Below, piece by piece: positions 15,467 through 24,077 of a stretch of 24,115 nucleotides of DNA. A model generated the notes under the pieces. The model was not told where the DNA came from and did no database searches. It saw only the letters and a program-made list of their open reading frames with translations. Location: the NCBI GenBank assembly GCA_031364845.1, contig JANLWX010000182.1:1-24115 (forward strand), given 5' to 3'. The position numbers and the translations under genes were made by a program. The DNA is from Candidatus Eiseniibacteriota bacterium (lineage in GTDB: Bacteria > Eisenbacteria > RBG-16-71-46). Position 1 is the stretch's first letter, and each line of letters starts with the position of its first letter.

Positions 15467-16567
15467 ATGAACCCGTACTCGCTTTCCCATCTCACCGATC
15501 AGATTCTATTGCGAGACCTTGCGGTGCTCGTTGATCGGGATCGTAAGGCTACCGCCGTCCTCGTGGCGCACATCGCCGAAGTCGATCGCCGTCGTCTCTT
15601 TCGGCCGGCCGCCCATTCCTCGATGTTTTCGTACTGCGTGAACGTCCTGCATCTCTCTGAGCAGGCGACGTTCAAGCGCATCCGCGTTGCCCGCATGGCG
15701 CGCAGGTTCCCGGCGATCTTCAACGCTCTTGCCGAAGGCCGTGTGCATCTGAGCGGACTGGTCATGCTGAAGCCGTATCTAACTCGGGAGTCGGTCGACG
15801 AGTTGCTTGCGGCTATCGAGCACAAGAGTTCTCGTGAGATAACGCAGTTGCTTGCGGATCGGTTCCCAAAGGATGACGTGCCCACTCGGGTGCGGGCGTT
15901 GCCGCAGACTCGCGCGATCTCGCCGCAACTGTCTTCGGGGACAGTGTGCGAACCTTGCGCCACCGCTTCCGGCGAACCGCAGAACGAGGCAGAACCTTCG
16001 GTCCCTCGGACCGAAGAGCGACCGTCCGCGAAGACAGTTGCGCCGGCCAAGATCGAGCCGCTCTCGCCGAAGCGCTACGCGCGTCAGTTGACCAAGAGCC
16101 AGGACATGCACGACAAACTGCGCCATACACAGGCGCTCTTGTCGCACCAGCTTCCATCCGGCGATGTGGCAAGTGTGATCGAGCGCGCACTCGATGCGCT
16201 CATCGCGAAACTGGAGAAGGCAAAGTTTGCGGCGACCGATCGACCACGGCCCATTCGCGAAAGCGCGAAGCCGCGGACTATCCCCGCGAACGTGAAGCGG
16301 GCCGTGCGCGAACGCGATGGGTATCAGTGCACGTTCTTGAGCGAATCCGGCGCGCGTTGCGCGGAGCGTCACTTCCTCGAGTTCGATCACGTCGACGAAG
16401 TCGCGCGCGGCGGCAAGGCGACGGTTGATCGGATACGCCTCAGATGCCGCGCACACAATCAGTACGAGGCGGAACGGTCGTTTGGTGTGGCGTTCATGGA
16501 GCGCAAGCGGGAGGAGGCGCAGCGCGCTTCGGCGGAGAGGCGCGGCGGGGCAGTTTCACCGACGTGA
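15467..16567 (+). CDS. DUF222-like / 13E12-type protein with C-terminal Zn-binding HNH endonuclease domain, 366 aa; probable selfish element gene
   Basis: ATG at 15467 after GGAGGAG; N-terminal LVAHIAEVDRRRLF...SSMFSYCV..LHLSE...KRIRVAR..RRFP...LAEGRVHLSGL; C-terminal RTIPANVKRAVRERDGYQC...C...LEFDH...ARGG...LRCRAHNQY; more AT-ending codons than neighbours; opposite strand to flanking genes. Confidence 0.85.
   Translation: MNPYSLSHLTDQILLRDLAVLVDRDRKATAVLVAHIAEVDRRRLFRPAAHSSMFSYCVNVLHLSEQATFKRIRVARMARRFPAIFNALAEGRVHLSGLVMLKPYLTRESVDELLAAIEHKSSREITQLLADRFPKDDVPTRVRALPQTRAISPQLSSGTVCEPCATASGEPQNEAEPSVPRTEERPSAKTVAPAKIEPLSPKRYARQLTKSQDMHDKLRHTQALLSHQLPSGDVASVIERALDALIAKLEKAKFAATDRPRPIRESAKPRTIPANVKRAVRERDGYQCTFLSESGARCAERHFLEFDHVDEVARGGKATVDRIRLRCRAHNQYEAERSFGVAFMERKREEAQRASAERRGGAVSPT
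15925..16040. repeat. Intragenic copies of the upstream hairpins (order D', A', B') in the linker-coding part of the HNH gene
   Basis: 15925-15950 gcaactgtcttcggggacagtgtgcg matches 15142-15167 at 25/26; 15995-16040 matches 15056-15100 at 38/46 (hand alignment, one gap); A' cttcggtcc-ctc-ggaccgaag is a perfect 9-bp stem. Confidence 0.85.
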
Positions 16568-16615
16568 TCTGGTTCTCGAGTGCCGGCGGAACGAGGATGT
16601 TGTGCGCGACTCGAC

Positions 16616-17512
16616 TCAGGAACTGCCGGGACCTCCACCGTTCGAAGTGGCGGCCGCGTGGAATGCATGAAGCACGTTCTCGCGGTGGATCTCCGCGGTC
16701 GGATACTCGGTCGCGTGTTTCCCCGCGTACTCCATCGGCTCGAGCTTGTCCGCTGCGGCTTCGGCCGAGAGCCCTGCAACCCACGCGCCGTGCACGCCGC
16801 GCTCGATCGCGTCGAGATAGTCGAGGTCGGCGTGAAAGCGCGCGAGGACTTCGTCCTGGCCGTGCGCGATCGCGCCGTGGCCGGGGACGATCACCTCGAT
16901 CGCGCCGCCTTCGACGATCGGCATCAGCGTGTCGAGCGACTCGCGATAAATCTCGGGCACCGTTTCGAGTGCCGGAATCTCGATGTCGGACAGCATGTCG
17001 GAGGCGATCAGGATGCGCTGCTCCGGAAGGTGCACGTTGAGCTGCGTCGCGCAGTGACCGGGCGCGCTGCGCAATACCATGCGCCACGGGCCGAACTTGC
17101 GGAAGTTGAGACCGCTCACGAAGTGCTGGAGCGGAAACGGCTCGAACGGTTGCGCGAAGCGCTCGCCGGCTTCACCCGCGACGCGGCCGGCTTCCGAGCG
17201 TATGTAGGCGAGATCGGTCTTCACCGCATCGGGGAATGCGTCGTGCGCGAGTGTTTCGGCCTGCGGCCACCACGGGCGGCCGAGCACGTGATCCCAGTGA
17301 TGATGGGTGAAGATGATCGTGATCGCCGCGGGGCTCGCGGCCTGGACCACCGCCGCGATGTCGTCGATCTCACTCGGCAGGATGCCGGGATCCACGAGGA
17401 TCGTGTGCTCTTCGTCGAGCAGCACCACGCTGTTCATCGCGTAGCGCGCGCTCTGGCGCACGAGCACGCCGTCGCCGAGATCGGTCCAGCGGGTGGCGGC
17501 CGTGTCGTTCAT
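16616..17512 (-). CDS. Metallo-beta-lactamase fold hydrolase, 298 aa
   Basis: MNDTAATR start just after the BMP gene; ILVDPG, THHHWDH (HxHxDH), APGH, ASDML, IVPGHG metal-binding motifs. Confidence 0.88.
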   Translation of the reverse strand: MNDTAATRWTDLGDGVLVRQSARYAMNSVVLLDEEHTILVDPGILPSEIDDIAAVVQAASPAAITIIFTHHHWDHVLGRPWWPQAETLAHDAFPDAVKTDLAYIRSEAGRVAGEAGERFAQPFEPFPLQHFVSGLNFRKFGPWRMVLRSAPGHCATQLNVHLPEQRILIASDMLSDIEIPALETVPEIYRESLDTLMPIVEGGAIEVIVPGHGAIAHGQDEVLARFHADLDYLDAIERGVHGAWVAGLSAEAAADKLEPMEYAGKHATEYPTAEIHRENVLHAFHAAATSNGGGPGSS

Positions 17513-17520
17513 CGAACGCC

Positions 17521-18552
17521 CTAGTGATCCGCGACGATGATGGTGCCGTTCACGATCAGGTTCTCGAGCGAATCGACCGCGGCCTTGACCGGCGCGGGGA
17601 TCATCGCCTGATTGCGCGTGTCGTACACCCAGCTCACGCCGCGATCGGCGAGCCCGAACACTCGCACGCCGCCCTGCCAGTTGCCGGCGGCCGTCTCCTT
17701 GATGCAATCGAACACCGCCTGATCCACGCGCTTGATCATCGAAGTCAGCACGTGTCCCGGCGCTTCGTCGGTCTGGTCGGAGTCGACGCCGATCGCGAGC
17801 TTGCCCGTTTCGCGTGCGGCTTCGAACACGCCGAGTCCGGTCGAGCCCGAGGCGTGGAAGATGATGTCGGCACCCTGATGGTATTCGGCGAGGGCGAGTT
17901 CCTTGCCCTTGGTCGGGTCCTTGAACGCGCTGCCGGTAGTGCCCGCGTACTTCACCAGCACCGGAATGCCCGGCTTCACCGCCCGCGCGCCCGCGCGATA
18001 GCCGGCTTCGAACTTCTTGATCAAAGGAATCTCCATGCCGCCGACGAAGCCGACCTTGCCGGTCTTCGAGAGCTGTGCCGCGAGCGCCCCCACCAGGAAC
18101 GAGCCTTCCTCTTCCTTGAACTTGAGCGCGACCAGATTGGGCGGCAGCGCCTGGCCCGGGGTCACGGTGAAGTCGACGCACGCGAACTTCACGTCCGGGA
18201 ACTCGCCGGCGAGCCGCAGGATGTCGTCGGTGAACAGGAACCCGACGCCGAACACGAGCTGCGAGCCGCCGATCGCGAGCTGGCGCATGGCGGCTTCGCG
18301 GTCGGCGCCTTCGCCGGTCTCGAGCGTGTTGAACGTGACGCCGAGCTCGCTCTGCGCGCGTTCGAGGCCGGCGTAGGCGGCGTCGTTGAACGATTTGTCG
18401 CCGCGGCCGCCGACATCGAAGACGAGTCCGACTCTGAGCGAGTCGGTCTTGGCAGCGGAGGGAGCGGGCTCGGACTTCTTAGACGCGCAGCCCGGAAGCA
18501 GCGCGAGCGCCACCGCGACCAGTGCCGCGGCGGGAGACAGTCTTCGGATCAC
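17521..18552 (-). CDS. BMP family (basic membrane lipoprotein) nucleoside-binding protein of the ABC transporter, 343 aa
   Basis: GTG start with GGAGG; lipobox [75 protein letters not shown]. Confidence 0.93.
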   Translation of the reverse strand: MIRRLSPAAALVAVALALLPGCASKKSEPAPSAAKTDSLRVGLVFDVGGRGDKSFNDAAYAGLERAQSELGVTFNTLETGEGADREAAMRQLAIGGSQLVFGVGFLFTDDILRLAGEFPDVKFACVDFTVTPGQALPPNLVALKFKEEEGSFLVGALAAQLSKTGKVGFVGGMEIPLIKKFEAGYRAGARAVKPGIPVLVKYAGTTGSAFKDPTKGKELALAEYHQGADIIFHASGSTGLGVFEAARETGKLAIGVDSDQTDEAPGHVLTSMIKRVDQAVFDCIKETAAGNWQGGVRVFGLADRGVSWVYDTRNQAMIPAPVKAAVDSLENLIVNGTIIVADH

Positions 18553-19258
18553 GGGTTCCTCCGGAAGATTTCGTAGGCGGACTTTCGCCGCTCCCGCGGC
18601 GCGGCCGCGATGACCGCGAGCGTCGATCGGATGCGGCGAGCCGCGACGGCTTGGGCGCCGGAGCCGAACGGGCCGCGGCCGGCACGCGCGCTTTCGGGCC
18701 GAGATCGTAACAACGGCGGCAGCGCGCTTCGTACAACTCGGAGCCGCCGACCACCACGCGTCCGCCGCGCTTCACCTTGCGATACGTGCGATTGGCCGGC
18801 CCGCCGCACACCATGCAGATCGCGAGCGCCTTCGTGATGTACTCGGCGATCGCGAGCAACTGCGGCATCGGCTCGAACGGCCGGCCGCGATAGTCCTGGT
18901 CGAGTCCCGCGACGATCACGCGCTTGCCGGAACGCGCGAGCGCCTCGCACACCGCGACCAGACCCTCGCCGAGGAACTGACCCTCGTCGATGCCGATCAC
19001 CTGTGCCTCGTGCGCGTACTTGAGCACTTCGCGCGCGGTCTTCACGCGCCGCGACGGAATCCGCAGGTCGCTGTGCGAGACGATGTGGTCCTTGGCGTAG
19101 CGGTCATCGACCGCGGGCTTGAAGATCTCGACCCGCTGGCGCGCGATCTGCGCGCGCCTGAGCCTGCGGATCAGCTCCTCGGTCTTGCCGCTGTACATGC
19201 TGCCGACGATCACTTCGATCCAGCCGGGATGCGAAAACGTGGGGGTGGGTTCGCTCAT
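18479..19258 (-). CDS. tdk: Thymidine kinase (TK1 type) with basic low-complexity C-terminal extension, 259 aa
   Basis: [42 protein letters not shown]-x2-C zinc ligands (CMVC, CRRC), [16 protein letters not shown]. Confidence 0.95.
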   Translation of the reverse strand: MSEPTPTFSHPGWIEVIVGSMYSGKTEELIRRLRRAQIARQRVEIFKPAVDDRYAKDHIVSHSDLRIPSRRVKTAREVLKYAHEAQVIGIDEGQFLGEGLVAVCEALARSGKRVIVAGLDQDYRGRPFEPMPQLLAIAEYITKALAICMVCGGPANRTYRKVKRGGRVVVGGSELYEARCRRCYDLGPKARVPAAARSAPAPKPSRLAASDRRSRSSRPRRGSGESPPTKSSGGTRDPKTVSRRGTGRGGARAASGLRV

Positions 19259-19267
19259 GGTGCGGGG

Positions 19268-19297
19268 ACGCTATCCGCGCCCGGGGGCGGGTGTCAA
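19268..19297 (-). promoter_or_regulatory. Sigma70 promoter TTGACA-N18-TAGCGT; near-leaderless tdk-bmp-MBL transcript
   Basis: Consensus TTGACA (19297-19292), TAGCGT (19273-19268), ATG 9 nt downstream at 19258; no SD. Confidence 0.65.
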
Positions 19298-19417
19298 AGT
19301 CTGCCAGGCTCAGGGCTGCATGCCGATCGCGTCTGCGGTAGGATGTCGCGCACTCCTTTATGGTCGCCCGCCGCGCGCGCCGATGGATCGGCGCCGCACA
19401 ATTGGAAAGGACCCTCC

Positions 19418-21478
19418 ATGACTGATCTCACTTACGGTCGCGACGTTCTCGGTGATCCCTCGCGCTCGAGCCGCCTCGAGTGGCTCGTGACCAACGGCAT
19501 CGGCGGCTTCGCGGCCGGCACGCTTTCGGGCGAACTCACGCGCCGCTATCACGGCCTGCTGTTCGCCGCACTCAAGCCGCCGCTCGGACGCACGCTGCTG
19601 CTCACCAAGTTCGGCGAGAGCATCGAGATCAACGGGCGCACGTACGACCTCGACACCAATGCGTGGGCGAGCGGAACCGTGACGCCGCAGGGCCATCTGC
19701 ACCTCGAAGCGTTCCGGCTCGAAGAGACGATCCCGGTGTGGACGTGGGCAATCGGCGACGTGCGTCTCGAGAAGCGCATCTGGATGGAGCACGGCGAGAA
19801 CACGACCTACGTGCAGTACCGCCTGCTCACCGCTCCCAAGCCGGTGCTGCTCACGCTCAAGGCGATCGTCAATCATCGCGATTCCCATGCGACCACGACC
19901 GGACGCACCGGCCCCGCCAAGGTCGAGCATGCGACCGGCGGGCTGCGGATCGAAGCGTTCGAAGGGGCGACGCCCTTGTGGCTGCTGGCGCTCAACGCCG
20001 AACTGAAGCCGGTCAACGACTGGTACCGCGGTTACGCGCTCGGACTCGAAACCGAGCGCGGACTCGACGCGGTCGAGGATCACCTGTGCGCGGGCGAGAT
20101 CGCGACCCTGGTGAAGCCGGGCGAATCGTTCACCGTGATCGCGAGCACGCGACGCGACGCCGGTACCGGCGAGGCCGCCCCGCTTGCGCTGATCTCCGCC
20201 CTCGCGCGGCGCCGCGCGCACGAGAAGAGCCTGCTCGACACGTGGCGCCGTGCGCAGCCCGCGGTGGCGCGCACCGCACCCGAGTGGATCCGGCGCCTGG
20301 TGCTCGCTGCCGATGCGTTCGTGGTCGAGCGCGCGACGATCGTCGATCCGCACGGGCGCTCGGTGATCGCCGGCTACCCGTGGTTCAGCGACTGGGGCCG
20401 CGACACGATGATCGCGCTGCCGGGCCTCACGCTCGCGACCGGACGGCCCGAGGTCGCCAAGGCGATCCTCACGACGTTCGCCCGGTTCGTGAATCAGGGC
20501 ATGATCCCCAACTACTTCCCCGATCAGGGCGAAGAGCCCGAGTACAACACGGTCGATGCCGCGCTGTGGTTCTTCCAGGCGGTGCGCGCCTATCACGACG
20601 CGACCGGCGACGACACGTTCCTCGCCGAGGTCTATCCGGTGCTCGAGGACATCATCGCGTGGTACGAGCGCGGCACGCGCTTCGGGATCGGCGTCGATCC
20701 CGCCGATGGACTCGTGCGCCAGGGCGCTCCCGGTGTCCAGCTCACCTGGATGGACGCGCGCGTCGACAATTGGGTCGTCACCCCGCGCGAAGGCAAGCCG
20801 GTCGAGATCAACGCGCTCTGGTACAACGCGCAGCTCACGATGCTCGGCTTCGCGCGCAAGCTCAAGCGCAGCCACGAGCCGTTCGACCAGCGCGCGCGGG
20901 TGATCGAGAAGGGCTTCGCGCGCTTCTGGAATCCCGAGACCGGCTGCCTGTTCGACGTGCTCGACGGTCCCGACGGCCATGATGCGAAGATCCGTCCGAA
21001 TCAGATCTTCGCGGTGTCGCTGCCCGACAGCCCGCTCAACGCGGCCCAGCGCCGCGCAGTGGTCGACACCTGCGGCCGGCTGCTCGTCACTTCGCACGGT
21101 ATGCGCAGCCTCGCCCCGGACGAAGCCGAGTATCACGGCATCTTCACCGGCGATCGCCGCACGCGCGACGGCGCCTATCATCAGGGCACCGTGTGGACGT
21201 GGCTGCTGCCGCATTTCGCGCTCGCGCACGAGCGCGCCTATGGCGATGCCGCGACCGCGCGCCAGTTCCTGGAGCCGATGGGCCAGTTGATCGGCGAGAT
21301 GAACGTGGGCTCGCTGCCCGAAGTTGCCGACGGCGATGCACCTCATACGCCGCGCGGATGTTTCGCCCAGGCATGGTCGGTGGCCGAGACGCTGCGCGCG
21401 TGGAATGCGCTCACCGGCGAGCGCAAGCGCACCCGCCGGAGGAACCTTCCACGGACGGCGGTCGCGGTGATTCGCTGA
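19418..21478 (+). CDS. Glycogen debranching enzyme / amylo-alpha-1,6-glucosidase (GDE_N + GDE_C), 686 aa
   Basis: ATG at 19418 after AAAGGA; EWLVTNGIGGFA, TRRYHGLL, IAGYPWFSDWGRDTMIALPGL, YNTVDAALWF, QLTWMDA, GKPVEINALWYNA, IRPNQ, YHQGTVW, QAWSVAE. Confidence 0.92.
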   Translation: MTDLTYGRDVLGDPSRSSRLEWLVTNGIGGFAAGTLSGELTRRYHGLLFAALKPPLGRTLLLTKFGESIEINGRTYDLDTNAWASGTVTPQGHLHLEAFRLEETIPVWTWAIGDVRLEKRIWMEHGENTTYVQYRLLTAPKPVLLTLKAIVNHRDSHATTTGRTGPAKVEHATGGLRIEAFEGATPLWLLALNAELKPVNDWYRGYALGLETERGLDAVEDHLCAGEIATLVKPGESFTVIASTRRDAGTGEAAPLALISALARRRAHEKSLLDTWRRAQPAVARTAPEWIRRLVLAADAFVVERATIVDPHGRSVIAGYPWFSDWGRDTMIALPGLTLATGRPEVAKAILTTFARFVNQGMIPNYFPDQGEEPEYNTVDAALWFFQAVRAYHDATGDDTFLAEVYPVLEDIIAWYERGTRFGIGVDPADGLVRQGAPGVQLTWMDARVDNWVVTPREGKPVEINALWYNAQLTMLGFARKLKRSHEPFDQRARVIEKGFARFWNPETGCLFDVLDGPDGHDAKIRPNQIFAVSLPDSPLNAAQRRAVVDTCGRLLVTSHGMRSLAPDEAEYHGIFTGDRRTRDGAYHQGTVWTWLLPHFALAHERAYGDAATARQFLEPMGQLIGEMNVGSLPEVADGDAPHTPRGCFAQAWSVAETLRAWNALTGERKRTRRRNLPRTAVAVIR

Positions 21479-21571
21479 ATTCAGCCTGGACTGTTCATGA
21501 GCGGTGGATCGGGCCCAAGCGGATGCGGGCGATGAGCGGATCGGGTCGGTGAGGTTCGGCCGCGGCGCCGG

Positions 21572-21949
21572 CTACCGCGCCCGCACCAGCATCATCCCCG
21601 CCCATACCGCGCCTACGCCGAGCACGAGCTGCAGCGCCACCGAAGCGAGCGCCACGCCCCGCAGATCGCCGCGCAGCAGGCCGAAGGTCTCGTAGCCGAA
21701 CGCGGAGAAGGTCGTGAAGCCGCCGAGGATCCCGACGAACAGGAACGCGCGCATCTCGGGGGATAACGTGCCGCGTGTCTCGGCCCAACCGGCGAGCATT
21801 CCGGCGACGAGACATCCGATCACGTTCACCGTCAGGGTTTCGAGCGGGAACGGATGTGCGCCCTTCATTCGCGACACCGCGGTGCCCAGCGCGTAGCGAA
21901 GGATCGAGCCCGCGGCGCCGCCGAGCCCGACCAGCAGAACGCGGTTCAC
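21572..21949 (-). CDS. crcB: Fluoride channel CrcB/FluC, 125 aa
   Basis: GG..GS.LRY, FP..TL.VNVIG, GILGGFTTFSAF signature; four hydrophobic segments; GTG start 10 nt after the udk stop. Confidence 0.93.
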   Translation of the reverse strand: MNRVLLVGLGGAAGSILRYALGTAVSRMKGAHPFPLETLTVNVIGCLVAGMLAGWAETRGTLSPEMRAFLFVGILGGFTTFSAFGYETFGLLRGDLRGVALASVALQLVLGVGAVWAGMMLVRAR

Positions 21950-21959
21950 GGCGCCCGCT

Positions 21960-22607
21960 TCAGCGCGCGGGGACCGGATCCACGCCGCGTTCGCGCAGCA
22001 GCTCGCGGATCTTCGACTTCACGAGATCGATCGCCACCTTGTTGTGCCCGCCTTCGGGCACGATCAGGTCGGCGTGGCGCTTGGCGGGATCGACGAACTG
22101 AAGGTGCATCGGCCGCACGCTTTCTTCGTACTGGCGGATGATGCTGTCGACCGAGCGGCCGCGCTCCATGAGATCGCGGCGCAGGCGGCGGATGAAGCGC
22201 ACGTCGGGATCGGCGTCGATGAACAGCTTGATGTCCATGAGCGCGCGCAGGCCGGGATCGCCGAAGATCAGGATGCCTTCGAGCACGATCACGGTGTGCT
22301 CGCCGATCGAGCGCGTTTCGGGCAACCGGCGATGCTCGGCGTAGTCGTAGATCGGCTGCTCGATCGGGTGGCCGTCGAGCAGATCGCGGATGTGCTGTTC
22401 GAGCAGGGCATGGTCGAACGCATCCGGATGGTCGAAGTTGCGCGAATCGCGGTCGCGCAGCGGGACGTCTTCGAGGTTCCTGTAGTAGGAGTCCTGATCG
22501 ATGACCACGACGCGGTCCGAGCCGAGTTCGCGCACGATGGTGCGCGCGACCAGCGTCTTCCCCGAGCCCGATCCGCCCGCGATTCCAATGAGGATGCGAC
22601 GCGCCAT
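21960..22607 (-). CDS. udk: Uridine kinase, 215 aa
   Basis: IGIAGGSGSGKT P-loop, DSYY, NFDHPDAFD, PIYDY, LEGIL, RRLRRDLMERGRS, VRPMHLQFVDPAKRHADLIVPEGG. Confidence 0.95.
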   Translation of the reverse strand: MARRILIGIAGGSGSGKTLVARTIVRELGSDRVVVIDQDSYYRNLEDVPLRDRDSRNFDHPDAFDHALLEQHIRDLLDGHPIEQPIYDYAEHRRLPETRSIGEHTVIVLEGILIFGDPGLRALMDIKLFIDADPDVRFIRRLRRDLMERGRSVDSIIRQYEESVRPMHLQFVDPAKRHADLIVPEGGHNKVAIDLVKSKIRELLRERGVDPVPAR

Positions 22608-22615
22608 GTGATCGC

Positions 22616-22645
22616 AAAGTAGCATCGGCCTTCGCGCAGGGTCAA
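22616..22645 (-). promoter_or_regulatory. Sigma70 promoter TTGACC-N18-TACTTT with extended TG; leaderless udk-crcB transcript
   Basis: TTGACC (22645-22640), TGcTACTTT (-10 at 22621-22616), ATG 8 nt downstream at 22607; no SD. Confidence 0.65.
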
Positions 22646-22661
22646 CGAGCCTGCGCCAAGG

Positions 22662-24077
22662 CTACTTCGGCATCAGGTATTCCGGCGCAAAGATGAGCTG
22701 CACCTGGTGCGTGGGCGACATGAAGTAGCTCGACCAGCGCGCAAACACCGGGCGGTCGACCGCGAGAAAGCGCTCGCGATACGGAGCCCAGAACGCCTCG
22801 CCGCCCCACAGTTCCCGCATCGCGGCGGTGGTGCTGAGTGCGGCCAGCACGCCCGAGTCGGTGCGCGACCGGCGCTGCAGGTCCGAATTCATCGGCCCGC
22901 CCAGCATCCACAGCACGCTGTCGTGGAGCAGCGAATACTCTTCGTAGGTGATCTGGGTGCGCGACAGCGTGAGGATGCCTTCGATGTACGCCTCGCGGAT
23001 GCGCAGCGAGTCGATGTCGCTGGGGGTGATCGGCGGGTAGATCCGCATCAGCTCGGGATCGTCGAGCAGTGAGTACTGGAACCGCGCCGGCATCTCGTTC
23101 GAGCGCTTCCAGCCGCGGGTCAGATGGCTGCCCACCAGCAGTGAGTGCAGGAAGAACGACGGGTGGGAGGTATCGGCGAGTGCCGGAGCGATGACTCCGA
23201 TCACGCCGAACGGGATGTCGATGCCGGAGCGCGCGACGATCTTGAATGCCGGCACGATCGGCTGCGCGGGCGACTCCGGGATCCTGGTTCCTGCGGGAAT
23301 CCCTCCGAATTCACTCTCGATCGCGCGCTTCACGTCGATGCCCGATCCCGAGAGGTTGCCCGCCAGACTCAACACGGCATTGGCCGGCACGTATTGCGTG
23401 GCCAGGCCGTCTTGGACTTCACGCAGCGTTGCGGCTTCGACGCCCTTGCCGGACCCGTAGGCGAGCGCGGCGGAATATCCCGAAGGAGCGCCCAGTTCGC
23501 GGACTTGATAGCTGAGCGAGACGGCGAGCCCGTCGCGGTAGTTCTCGGACAGTTGCGTGATGACCGACTTCTTCGCCTCCGCGAGCGACGTCGCGGTCAG
23601 CTTCACGCCGCTCAGCCGCTGGGAGAGTTGATGCAGCACGCCGGGGAACTGTTCGATCGTCGCAACTTCGGTGAGGCGCGTATGGCGCCGGCCGACTTCG
23701 ATCCGCCAGCCGAGCGGATGTGCCCTTTCGAGATCCGCGAGCGTGCGCTCGGGGAATTCTCCGGCCGCGCTCAGGAATGCCGCATGCGCAAGCAGCGACA
23801 CGCGACCCTCGCGGCCGGTTGCGTCCAGCTCGGAGCCAAGTCCGAACGCGAGCGTCACCGAAACCCCCGGCGCTTGGCGGATGTCACGCGTCACGACGCG
23901 CATACCGTTCGCAAGCTGCCACGAATCGACCACGGTGGTGTCGGCGAGCCGCCGGGCCGCGGCATCCGCGGGCGCCGGCGCGATGAAGAGCACGGCGAAC
24001 AGCGCCGCCGCGGCGATCGGAAGGTGCTTGAAGCCGGCGAGCCGGGAGCATGGAGACTGCGGCGCGATAAGCCTCAC
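22662..24077 (-). CDS. Exported M16 (insulinase) family-like protein lacking the HxxEH motif, 471 aa
   Basis: GTG start after GAGGT; signal peptide; LANGMRVV, GS..D..G..G then SLLAH in place of HxxEH; YVPANAVLSLAGN; FGGIPAG. Confidence 0.8.
   Translation of the reverse strand: MRLIAPQSPCSRLAGFKHLPIAAAALFAVLFIAPAPADAAARRLADTTVVDSWQLANGMRVVTRDIRQAPGVSVTLAFGLGSELDATGREGRVSLLAHAAFLSAAGEFPERTLADLERAHPLGWRIEVGRRHTRLTEVATIEQFPGVLHQLSQRLSGVKLTATSLAEAKKSVITQLSENYRDGLAVSLSYQVRELGAPSGYSAALAYGSGKGVEAATLREVQDGLATQYVPANAVLSLAGNLSGSGIDVKRAIESEFGGIPAGTRIPESPAQPIVPAFKIVARSGIDIPFGVIGVIAPALADTSHPSFFLHSLLVGSHLTRGWKRSNEMPARFQYSLLDDPELMRIYPPITPSDIDSLRIREAYIEGILTLSRTQITYEEYSLLHDSVLWMLGGPMNSDLQRRSRTDSGVLAALSTTAAMRELWGGEAFWAPYRERFLAVDRPVFARWSSYFMSPTHQVQLIFAPEYLMPK

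Noticed and set aside
15056..16040. Diversity-generating retroelement template/variable repeat pair
   Set aside because: No reverse transcriptase in the window, repeats are short and reordered, and mismatches are not restricted to adenines.
15032..16615. Classical IS element with terminal inverted repeats and target-site duplication
   Set aside because: No DDE, HUH or serine transposase motifs and no TIR/TSD found by eye.
21474..21545. 12-bp palindrome gctgaattcagc at the GDE stop and short atgagcgg...atcggg repeats
   Set aside because: Too short and degenerate to support a terminator or repeat element.
21950..21959. Fluoride riboswitch upstream of crcB
   Set aside because: Only 10 nt separate udk and crcB, and udk appears leaderless, so there is no room.
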